Source: Utricularia gibba
Lineage: Eukaryota; Plantae; Magnoliophyta
DNA length: 64,000 bases
Reading direction: 5' to 3'
Assembly: GCA_002189035.1 (NCBI GenBank)
Contig: NEEC01000024.1
Coordinates: 620,001-684,000 of the forward strand
In this document: one piece after another, positions 37,455 to 48,345 of the stretch
Layout of the letters: every line of letters starts with the position of its first letter
Numbering within the stretch: the first letter of the stretch is position 1
The notes under the pieces: generated by a model
What the model saw: the letters and a program-made list of their open reading frames with translations, nothing else
What the model was told of the DNA's origin: nothing
Database searches by the model: none
Program-made: the position numbers and the translations under genes

Positions 37455-38120
37455 TTATACTGGTGGCCTGATATTCCTCAGGTCAGGGTCCCCCTCCCTA
37501 TGCCAATCCCAGCTTAGGTTTGCGATCATATAAACTTGGAGGATATGACGCCTGATCGCATCCTTCCTTTCCTCTGAACAATCTGCGTGATCTTATTCAT
37601 GCACTGCCTTTGAATTCTTCTAGTTAAACAAGGGAGCGAGTATCCCATGGGAACTGCACTGAAATGTATAGAGGGGCACGGAATAGTTGTTAGAGCGTGA
37701 GGATGAAATTGAGACTTCAGTGGATATCAAGGATCAACAAGAGAGGAAGAACAAGTCCGGCGATCTGGAGAAGTTCTGTCGTGAGGAGGAAATCCCGCTG
37801 AAGGAGAAGCAATGCACTGCAGGGGTAAGCTTGATTATGCTGGGCCCTACTCATCTCAAAGGGCTACAGCCCATTAGATGAAGCAAGTCCAGTCCAAAGG
37901 CAACACTTCACGGCCCACTGTCCCTCACATGCTCTGGAGAAGCATATCAGACGACTAAGTAGCTATGAACCATACAAATACATCCAACGGTCAAGGAGGC
38001 AACGGCTAGTTTTTTCGCCTTCTATATAAAGGGTATCAGGATTTGTAAAAGGATGTGCTTCCTCTTGACATTCTATACAATATCTTGAGCTTCAGATTCA
38101 TCCACTCCAAAACTCTCACA
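37455..38120 (+). repeat. Putative Tat/Retand-like LTR remnant
   Basis: The layout ctatataaaggg..ttgtaa is typical of such LTRs. No TSD or partner copy was found. Confidence 0.3.
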
Positions 38121-38514
38121 TCTTCACTGTCATATTTCCTACACCCATATCACGCAGTATCTATCAATAGTAGGATGCCTGATTATCGGCGTCAGTGCAG
38201 AATTGGGTGTCCATATCATATCTTGGTGTGGGTGCTTTCGCTTTTTGAGCATATCATCCATTGCATCATGCGCTTTTCCCTTTTATGATCTTCTTCTCCC
38301 CGCTGGTCCTTCCCGTATATGTCTGGATTCCCATTTCCGATAGGGACAACCAATGCAGCCATACCCGTCTCTCACATTGGGATAGTGCTGTGGTGGGAAA
38401 CATGATTGGACATGATAAGAGGAGTGGGACATCATTTGGGGAAGAACAGGACAAGCAGAAGAGGAAAGTGTTTAGTTATATATGCACTGGAGAAGAGCGC
38501 CCTTTTAAGTAGAG

Positions 38515-39646
38515 ATGGAGTTTCTGTATAAACCAACATCTTACTACACTGCTCTCGTGCTTCTTCTGATGAGCAAAGGTACGCAAGGTTTGCATTGGGA
38601 TGCCATGATCACGCTTCACCTCGACTGAGGTTTGTTTATGTTGTTGTTTCTATTCAGAAGGTTTCGGGATCACGATCACGGTACTCAATGGATGCGATCA
38701 CGCCGTGTGGCCGGGATAACCTCCAATGCCGGCAGCGCCCCTTGCATTCCACCGGCTTCGAGCTTCCGCCCGCGCGATGACGACTTTCGACGTGCCGCCC
38801 GGCTGGTCCGGCCGATTCTGGGGTCGAACCGGCTGCGCGTTCGACCCAGTCACCGGTCAGGGTAGCTGCATGACGGGCGACTGTGGCTCAAACCAAATCG
38901 AATGCAATGGTGGGGGGCCGCAACCCCCAGCAACCCTGGCTGAATTCACGATCGGCAACGGTTCTCAGGACTTCTACGACGTGAGTCTCGTCGACGGCTA
39001 CAATCTGCCAATGCTCGTGGAGCCGGTCGGAGGCTCAGGCGCATGCGGCTCGACCGGCTGCCTCACCGAGCTGAACCGGTTGTGCCCTAGTGAGTTGCGG
39101 GTTGGGATGGGCAAGCATGCAAGAGCGCGTGCGATGCTTTCGGAAGTCCCGAATATTGTTGCAGCGGCGCGTATGGATCGCCCGCCGCCTGCAGGCCGTC
39201 GACGTACTCGGCTACTTTCAAGAGTGCTTGCCCCAGGGCGTACACCTACGCTTACGATGATGCCAACAGCACCTTTACGTGCACCCGAGCGGATTACGCC
39301 ATCGCATTTTGCCCGCTTTTAACAAGGTGCACATTATTTATTAACTGAACTTGCCCTTTTTTTTTCAAAAAAATGATGCTGTGCAACATTTTCTTGCTCC
39401 TTGATGAATTTCTTTTATTGTGTTGACAGCCAGAAATCTTCGCGAGACTCGTCAGCCGCCGGGGAGGGTAGGGGCACGCCGCCGCCACCCTCCGACGCGA
39501 GTAGCGATGCTGCGCACCAGGACGACTTGCCCTGGCTTCCCAACTTGTTTTCTTCTTCATATCCCTCCATCGACCCCGGTCTCGTGCTTGTGGCTGCTGC
39601 TGCTGCTGCTGCTGCTTCTTTATCGTTACTGCTCTCAAGCATTTGA
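38515..39646 (+). CDS. TLP: Thaumatin-like protein (PR-5) with signal peptide and hydrophobic C-terminal tail; exons 38515-38578, 38661-39326, 39430-39646; four -1 frameshifts as assembled
   Basis: WSGRFWGRTGC, PPATLAEF, QDFYDVSLVDGYNLP and CPRAYTYAYDD. Adding 4 bases gives 951 nt (316 aa) with all 16 conserved Cys. Introns are GT-AG. Confidence 0.93.
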
Positions 39647-41799
39647 GTCAAGGAGGAGTAGGGGAGGATTTCTTATTGCCGTGGGCCCGACTGTGCATAT
39701 AGTGATTTTTTTTAAAAGAAAAAAATTAAAAGCAGTTGGATATTCTTCTTATTTGGTGCTTGGAAGGTCTCTTGTTAGGATAATTGGTTGCATTATAAGA
39801 CTACACGAAAATGGTTGCATACATGCCATGTCGAATCAGAATGAGGGGTAGCCAGCCGTCGTGTGGGATGAGGGAATGTTGGATACTTGGAACCAACTGG
39901 GCACCGCCCTTTTCCTTTTTCCTTTTCCGCTCTTTCCTCCCTCATTCGCAAATGGAGGGATTGTTACTACGTCCCTTGAGTTGGGCCCCGCCCGGCACTA
40001 CTCTCTTATCTCTCCTTTCCCTTTCCCCTTTTTTCCATCTTCAGCCCTGAAAAGGTAACCAACTTGGATCCCAACCCACGGCTGCAGCCCAACGGGACGA
40101 TGCCTCATTTTGAAATCTAAATGCAATTCACAAAAAAAAAAGGCATTTCGATTGTCTTCGTAAAAAAACTTAGTAAAAACATCAAAGAGTTATATAATAT
40201 AAAATTGCATATTACTCAAATTTTTTGATTTCAAATTAATTTTATTTTAAAAAAGAAAGGTGAATAAATCATTAAAGATCAATTTTTAATGAAATATCAA
40301 ACTATAAAAAAAAAAGCAGGATAGATAGTTTTATAAGTTAATTGTGAGAGTGGATAGATTTCTCAAAAACTCACGGGATGAGCACATCAACAAAATTATC
40401 AATATCTCTTTGCTACCTTCTGAGAATCATTAGATATGCATTAATAAATTATCCAAAAATGTCAGAAATTGATCGATTGTTTAGAAAAAATTTTTGATCC
40501 TTTCATAAAAATAACTGCTATTCCAAAAAATGTTACAAAACTATATGTAATAACATATATTTTATTAGTGTTTTTATGTTATAAAATTTAGTAGTGAAAT
40601 TAAGAGTTTTTATGTATGATTTTTACTGATTTAGTAATTTCATAATTTTTTATATTTTTATCCATAAAAGTGCACTAAATTGATGATTAAGTTCAACATT
40701 AGTTTTCTAATGTTTTTCCTAAGTATTATCAGTAATTTCTTGGAACAAATCAAACCCAATTTACATGCAAAGGCAGAACATACAAAAAAGAGACAAGATA
40801 TATTATCTCAACAACTTATACCATATAACCTTCGTAGATTCATACCAAAAGCGATATAGAAATCAGAAAAAAATGGAGCTATTTCGGAAGCTAGAAAAAT
40901 AAAAGTGGTAGCAATAATATTCTAAACGAGATGCGATATCTAGCACATGATCTAACGGAGGATAGAGAATTTTAGAATCTGACCAAGGAGGAAAGGCGGC
41001 TTGGATGGAAAACATCATTTGAGATCTTCCAATACTAAATTCAGCTATGCACTGACCCGGTTATGATTGACGAAGAATTCAAAGAAACTTTATCTTCTTT
41101 AGGCATTATGAATATTTTATGTTGCTGTTTTAAATCGAACATGACTCTGGATGTTTTTTTTTTTTTTTAGTTTCATTTTATGATATTATGGTTTCCTTTT
41201 TCAATATAAGTGGCTAAATTCTAAAGATGATTTAGAATATACAAAAGTGGTGTGAGATTTTAGCCCATATTTTTTTCTATATTTTTTTATTATCTTATTA
41301 TCATATACCTTAAGAATAACTACTTTTATAGTGTGTGCAAAATATTTCTCTTTCATTCTTGACAATTATGTATCTCTTAACATTCGATTATTTTTTCTTT
41401 TTTTTTTTTAGCTATTGCTACTTCTCATTAGGAATAAATTATTTTTTCCATTCATTTTCCATTTGTCCACATCAAAATCATATCATAAGTTATCCGAAAA
41501 TTTCTTGCAGTACTAGGAGAAAATATTAGAAAAAGTTAATATGAACTAAATCACAATTTAGTCCATATTTATACATAGACATATTAAAAATCACAATTAA
41601 AACATATAATTTTCTTAGTAAACATTATATAACAAAATGTGTTATCACTACTATTACCATTGTATATCTTATCCGCTGAGTTTGACCACATTGAAAGTTT
41701 GAGTATCATGTCTTCGAGTTAAAAATAATATTCTCCTTCTACACAACAGATTTCATTCGTTTGTAAAATACTCTTTCTAAATTTTATTGGTAAAATATC

Positions 41800-42650
41800 T
41801 TTGTGAGATTCCATCCATTTGTAAAATGTAATGTATTCAAATTCTATTTATAAAATACTCGGTATCCTTGTAGAATACCATGCATCTTTGTGGTGATAGT
41901 GACTTGCGTGGAGGTTCATACAGCAACTTGGGCATTGCATGGATAAGTAAGTCGAGGTCTCTACTAAAAAATTATATGATGTTTTACAAATGTATTTTAA
42001 AATAATAGGTAAAATTCTAATATATTCTGCCTAGTATAATATCCTTGTCCATATCTAGAATTTGAGTTTGAGTACCATCAAAACGATCAGCTGCTCCTCT
42101 CAGAAATTGCATCATTCTATTGATCTTAGAGAAATTGTCCAAGCATGCAACCATGTTGTATTTTTGGTACTTCACTTCAAGTGTGAGACTGTCCAAGTGC
42201 TTTTAGAAAGCATTTAACCTTATTATGTTGGATGATGGTCAATTACCCCTGTCTGCAATTGGTAACATCAAGTTGAGATTGGTAAGATAAGTTGTTGTTT
42301 AACAAATCATAATGTTTTTCCAGCATATTCGACATTTCATAGGCACTTGTTAAACTAGCAACCATGTCCATTTATATTGCTATTAATATCCAACAATACA
42401 TCATATAATCTTTACGTAGCCATAAAATATAAGAAGTATCATCTTCAAAGGGTGTGGGAATATCACCATAAATCATCCCAAATTTGTTTTTCACACCAAG
42501 AGCTAATCAATCACCACAATGTCATTCAATAAAACTCCGACTAGTGAGGACATTATTGACTACATGGGAACTTAAATTATCAGAGCCATTGACATGGAAT
42601 GGATCTGATTTTTCTCTATCACTCCCAACTACAACTCTTTCTATTTCAAA
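41800..42650 (-). mobile_element. Copia gag N-terminal remnant
   Basis: DPFHVNGSDN..LALGVKNKFGMIYGDIPTP..MMYCWIL..MQFLRG..QTQIL matches the plant Copia gag pattern. Confidence 0.78.
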
Positions 42651-42954
42651 TAATTTTTTGTTAAATTTATTGTTTTCTATCATAGAAAGATTGTTTTCTC
42701 CATATAATACTTTGTGACATGACGAGCTAGATGAAGTATAATAACAAGATTCTCCATACTCATCTGATCAAATGATCGAAATAGGCAACAACAACAATGG
42801 GTAGTAGGAACTTCTTTAACCCTAATCATGAGCAGCTTCTACTTGCATACAACGAAAACCTACACCTAATGGTACAATATTTCCTAACAAGTAATGATAT
42901 ATAAAGTTACAATTTTGACCCTATATAACGTGTGCATTTTGAATAGTATATTGA

Positions 42955-43090
42955 ACCGGGCCCATTGGGTTTAGCAGAAATTTATCGTGTATTGGGCCTT
43001 AGGAGAACGCCCAACTGCCGTCAAAAGACTACGCCACGTAAGCGCTCATGTTTCCGCCATTGGCTATCTTCGCCACGTGGCACAGCGCAC
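42955..43090 (+). promoter_or_regulatory. Promoter with site II (GGGCCCA) and ACGT/G-box elements
   Basis: gggcccattggg at ~42958, GCCACGTA at ~43033 and GCCACGTGG (CACGTG 43074-43079), about 250 bp upstream of the ATG at 43329. Confidence 0.55.
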
Positions 43091-43328
43091 ATGCGTCGAA
43101 ACTGAGCCAGCTGGATTTTCGTAATGTCCCCCTTTTTTTTAATTCGAGTGTTTTTTCGCTGTCTGACTAAAAATACCCAAAATTAAATTGATAAAACATG
43201 TCTACATATTTATTTAATAGAGGAAAATAAGGAAATTAAAAATAAGTCGGGGAGTAGTGCTCTGTGGAACAATCCCAAGTGGCTATCTATCCAATTTCAC
43301 TCCTCATGCCCTAGATATTTCCACTCCA

Positions 43329-43640
43329 ATGGCGATTTCCGACGCGGTGGTGGGGAATTTGACCACTCTCTTTCTGGTGGCTATCGCCGCGACAAAGGCC
43401 TACGGGCTGGCGGTGGGAAGAAGTTTTAGCGGCACCTGCGTCCTCGTTCTGTCCACGTTGGCAGTCGGCGTTATACTGATCGTCAGCATCGGCTGGGATA
43501 TCTCGCGCAAGGCGAGGAGCGCGGTAATCGCCAACGATCACAGCCACGAGATGTGCCGTGGGGGCATCTGCTGGCACGGCGTTGCCGTTAAATCGCCGGC
43601 ATCACAGGTCCGCTTCCGCCTCCCTCAGCACGGTAACTGA
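43329..43640 (+). CDS. Small intronless membrane protein of unknown function (103 aa)
   Basis: Two hydrophobic segments followed by HEMCRGGICWHGVAVKSPASQVRFRLP, in GC/CpG-rich coding-like sequence. It resembles a conserved uncharacterised plant family (from memory, not searched). Confidence 0.8.
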   Translation: MAISDAVVGNLTTLFLVAIAATKAYGLAVGRSFSGTCVLVLSTLAVGVILIVSIGWDISRKARSAVIANDHSHEMCRGGICWHGVAVKSPASQVRFRLPQHGN

Positions 43641-44444
43641 TGCTTTTTTTTTCGCAATAGAACGATTTCGGGGTTGGAACGGAGGAATTTCGCCGCGTGC
43701 ATTTCACGCCTTGGTTCTGTGTATCAAAAAACGCTGCAACAGCCTTGTATACAAGTCATAGGAGAAAAGGATTTCAAGTTTGTTTTTGTTTCCCCTTTTT
43801 TTTCCCGTAGGATACCTCTGTTTCGCCTTTCGCTTTTGTACTCGGAAGCATACCGAAATTCTCTGTGAATATAAAGGTTTGTTGCTAGTGAGTGGATGTG
43901 AGCGCTGCATCCGATACCATTCTCCTCCAGATTTTATTTTAGGTAAGATGATAAGCTGGCTTGGTCTGTGGTTTTGGTTATTCCAAGGCTTCCCAGAAAT
44001 GTGCGACAGGGTTGATTATCGTGGCTAGATTGGGGGGGTGTGGGGAGGATTTGAGTTTTGAGAAGTCTATTTCTGATCTGGTTGTTGCCGAAGCGCAGAT
44101 CCATCCATCCATATTTTTGCTTCACCGACCTCAAAAGTTTGTTCTGTCTGGTGGGAACTGCAATGAATGAGGCTTGGCCCCCCATTCATTGTTGACAAGA
44201 GCACTCCACCATCTTTTGCTTTGCAAGTCTCTGCTCAATGAATGTGCCAGGCCAAGGCCAAGACCCGTTCTCCCTTGGCCCCAGGTCTAAGCACATACGC
44301 AGCAAACGTGGCTTGCTGATCATGTCTTGTCCATCAAGGAGGAGTTGCGTAGAGTGGAGGCGTGAAAGGCCTGCTGCATCAAGTATGTGTCTTGGGGGTT
44401 GGAAAACTGTGGGCAAGGAAGGAGATGGAGATGGGATATTTTAT

Positions 44445-44470
44445 GGGGGCAGGGCAGGGCAGGGCAGGGG
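44445..44470 (+). repeat. (AGGGC)n G-tract repeat, potential G-quadruplex
   Basis: Five runs of 3 or more G separated by 1-2 nt loops. Confidence 0.7.
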
Positions 44471-45269
44471 TTGGAAATATCAAGTGGTGCGGTGCATTTA
44501 TTATGATCACCGCTGCGGCTTCTTACAATGAGTTGGTGGTGCATGGAAAGGGATATTTGGTTTGGGTAGCATCCGCAACTGCGAGCAAAAGCGAACCAAG
44601 ACCACTAATCTGCTCAAAGGAGTGGGTCTCGCCGTGCCCGTGCCAGCGGCAGATTCGTTTCTTCTGGTCTGGTGCTCCATGGAAGCCTCTGTTTCGTGTA
44701 TTGGGGCCGAGCCTTGTTTCCCCTTTTTTAGCTCTCGCTGACGGAGGCCCAGCCCACAAGAAATATTCTCTGGTTGCACCGGGCGGGAGGCAGCAAGGAA
44801 GGCTTGGTTTTTCATCATGTTTCGATCCAACAAACCAGCTCCCAACGCGCACCCTGAGAAATGGCGCTGCATCGCCGAATGTTTAATGAGCAGGCTGTGC
44901 CCGCAAACTGCTTGATCATTTGCCTAACCCACCGGTCTCCCCTTCAACAAGCGAATTCAAAGCCTATTATTCTCGACGTTGGGTGATTTACTCTCTCAGA
45001 CGATGTTTCAACCCCCGCCAACTGCCAATATCCGATCCCTGGCCTTCTCATTGATGGTTTGTGTTCTTGGCTGGGTATGTAGCCTTGCCTTGTTTCTTGG
45101 CTGAGTGTTGATTCTTGTTGTGTGTTCTGGCCTGGAGGCTGGAGTGTTGGTATCATGGAGGGAGGGAGGGAGTGCGTTCAACCATATTCGCTCAGCTATT
45201 TTGAGGCCCATCCGCTACGTCTCATTACGTTACATGGATGGTTGACTCAGTTTTCTGGTAACCGTATAC

Positions 45270-45415
45270 CCGGGCCCAGAAATCGCCCATAAACTCGTAT
45301 AAATAAAGACTGGTGCAGCTTTACACGTTATCTGATGGAAAACAGATTATGGTTGAGCCCTGAGACGAGACTTTCGTCTTCCCCCCCAACTCTCTCTCTC
45401 TCTCTCTCTCTCTAT
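45270..45415 (+). promoter_or_regulatory. Candidate core promoter: site II, TATAAATA (45298-45305) and (CT)n tract
   Basis: The motif order and spacing are typical of plant promoters and 5' UTRs. Confidence 0.45.
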
Positions 45416-46566
45416 GCTGTTTGTTAGGAATCATTTACTACATCCTGGTATTCCAAGCAAGTTTTCTGACTCCATTCTTGATCACGATTTCGTAAGCCCT
45501 TTTTTGTGACATGTATCTAACAAACATGTTTCTCTTCTACCCCACTGCTATCTGTAACTCAGGTACAAGTCTTGAATGCCAGTGGTTCTAGACTCTCTCG
45601 GTATTGGAGGTTTTGGCAATGCCATGTACGTGTCCACATGGAAAGATAAGAAGATGCGGAAACAAATGTTCTTTTTTGACAACATGAATTCACAAGACTA
45701 GAAAATGAAAATGGCACCGGATTCGTATAAGCTAAGCTATATATGCTTTTCCTTGTAAGAATTGGTCTGCCTTATGAGCGAGCATGTGAATATGGAGTGA
45801 CATTGAAAAGCAGATGTTGTGTTTCATTGGGAGGGAGCTGGTTGAGACCACCCACACCCCTCTCTTTCTTTCTCCTAGATAGATGATGCGTCGACTGGAG
45901 AGGCGGCATCACAAAATCTGCATGTCTGTGATCCCTCTGTTTATTTCTGTGCACATGTACGACCTCCACGTTACTTTGCCTCCAAAACTTTATTGGGGTT
46001 TTTGACAAGATCAGAATCCCGATAAAGCTTCTTTTTTCTTGCAATTATACATCTTTCTTTTTGCCTATTTATTGTGGCCTTAATCATGTCACGGGGAGGG
46101 GGAGTGCCCCCCCTACTCAGCCCAGCCCAGCGTTGGGTCTGGTGTTTTATCGTGGTAAATAAGCAAGCCAAGGGTCGGTGATGTTAAGACAAAGTGGTGC
46201 GGAATCCCAAATTTTGAATCATGAATGCTTTCCACTTCTGTTAGTGATCGCTGTCACTGATACGTACCATGACCCTTTATCTAGAGTTTATCAGACTTTT
46301 GTGTTTATTGCTTCAGTATTCCAGATAGCTAGGGACAGCCAACCACCCCATATCAAGAATTCCGTCCAAGTGTTAAATAGCGAGTTCTCCATGTCACGCT
46401 TTTGCACCGGTGTAGGCGAGAAATAGTCTTTAAACCTACCCCCATCGTGTTCCCGTGTGTGCACTCCACTTTTAGGACTTGTACGTGTCCCTCCGGTGAA
46501 AGGGTGGTGCCCCGTTTTCTTTGTTCTGTGTCGCGGCCTTTCCAAGCTAAGTTTCTGGTTTCTTTC

Positions 46567-47484
46567 ATGGCGGTTGAAGCTGAGAATACGTGCTTTGACA
46601 ACATAGGCTTTGGTTCCTTCACCATTTCCACCCCTCAGCAAGATTGCTTGATGGGCCCTGGATTTAGTATTGGAGATGGCCTCGGCTTCGTCCCCAGGAT
46701 GGAGATTTCTCAGTTTGCTGCTTCTTCTCAGGACACTCTTGCTTCTGGTTCTCTGGATATTGTTCAGTCTCTGGCTTGTGAACTCGAAAGGCAGAGAGTG
46801 GAGATGGATTGGTATCTTCAAATGGAGGTACGCGACGGTGCACAACCTCCGGTGTCTTGAGTTGTTGTCTCTATGCAAACTATTTTATGTGTACACCTTG
46901 ATGCTGTGCTGTGACCGTTATTTACCAAGGTTTGCATGGTGTCTTGAGTTTTTCTCGTCTCCTGCTGTCCACAGAATCAGAGAATGAGGAGCTGTGTTCT
47001 AGTTGAGGAAACGCGGCAGAGAGAGATGATAGTGCAGAAATACGAATCAAAGCTGAAGAGCCTGATCTTCCACAAAGACCAACAGCTTGCTGCTGCAAAG
47101 AACAGAGCAAAAGAGCTCAGAAACTCATTGCAGGCCGCGGAAATGGAATCCAAGGCATGGCAGAAGAAAGTTGCAGAGAAGGAGGCAACGGTGTGTTATC
47201 TGAGGAACAAGCTCAAGACCGCTCAGGCTCAACAAATCGAAACGGCGTCGTCCACTGCTTCCTCTTCCTCCTACTCGTCCTCGGGGTCACAGCCTATCGC
47301 AGGGCAGAAAAAACAAGAGCAACCCCCCCTGGGTTGTTGCAAACTGTGCAATGCTCGAAGCTTGTGCTGTGTTTTTTTGCCTTGCAGGCATCTTTGCTGC
47401 TGCAATCAATGTGAAGGTCATTTAGGCCACTGCCCCGTCTGTGGAACAGTGAAGGAAGCGAGTGTAGAGGTGTTCCTGGCGTAA
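46567..47484 (+). CDS. BRG: BOI-related (SBP-family) RING E3 ubiquitin ligase; exons 46567-46827 and 46975-47484 (256 aa)
   Basis: MAVEA start, ELERQRVEMDWYLQME|NQRMR coiled coil and C-terminal CKLC..FLPCRHLCCCNQCE..CPVC RING. The GT-AG intron is in frame. Confidence 0.92.
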
Positions 47485-47797
47485 GAGAAGGAAGGAAGGA
47501 TGGATGGATCATTGAGAAGCCAAGCCAAGCCCCCCCTCGGGGAAAAAAGAAAAGCTTCCATATAATCAAAGTAAAAGCTGCTAGGAAAAGTAGTTTTTTC
47601 ACTTGCGAGATGGATTCCCTTTTGCAGTCATTTTTTTTTGGGGGGGCGGGAGGCTGCGCTTGTAAGTTGACCACAACTTTTGGCGGTAAATGTCGTTTTA
47701 AGTGGATTGCGTTAGTTCCTGATTTAGAAGAAACAATCCATCCCATCCCATCCCATTGATTTGATTTGGTGCGAGGAGGAGATGGAAAAGTGGGAGC

Positions 47798-47848
47798 GAA
47801 GGGAAGGGAAGGGAAGGGAAGGGAAGGGAAGGGAAGGGAAGGGAAGGG
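47798..47848 (+). repeat. (GGGAA)9-10 pentanucleotide microsatellite
   Basis: Read directly from the sequence; ten GGG runs. Confidence 0.95.
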
Positions 47849-48345
47849 CAGCGGCTGCGGCTGTGGGCTGCTGCGTAAGTGTTAATTAGTGTTGTTGTAC
47901 TTGTCTGCTGCCCCCTCCCCTCCCCTCGACTGCTGCTCCTGCTGCTGCTTCTCAGTCTCTCTAGGGAACAAATCAGCAGAGTCAGAGCAGAAGACTCAGA
48001 CTCAGACTGCTACCCCTTCCCCCTATCCGCCCTTTTACTTCTATCCTTAAATCAATCAATATAATAAGAATATTTCTTTGTCCGACTCGTTGCAAGTTCC
48101 AAGACACCATCAGAAGATGATATTTTGGCGTGTCATTTCCCTTTCAATATCACTTGCACAAGCTGAAGCAGCACACTTTTTACCTAAACCACAAAGCCGC
48201 ATCTGCAACCCCCGGCCTCGCCAGCCGACAGCACTACTTGCTACATACAACATCTTACAAAGCAATGCACATGACGATGAAACAAACAGATATAACTGCA
48301 ATACCATCATCATAAACCTCAAATCCAACACATGCATATCATGAC

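Noticed and set aside
37599-37609. ATGCACTGCCT match to the miR408 5' end
   Set aside because: Only 11 nt match, and no star arm or hairpin is present.
45060-45110. Two CAGCCAAG motifs (minus strand) resembling miR169
   Set aside because: They are direct repeats, the rest of the mature sequence does not match, and there is no fold-back.
46291-46878. 195-aa antisense ORF over BRG exon 1
   Set aside because: No recognisable motif; it is an expected by-product of GC-rich coding sequence.
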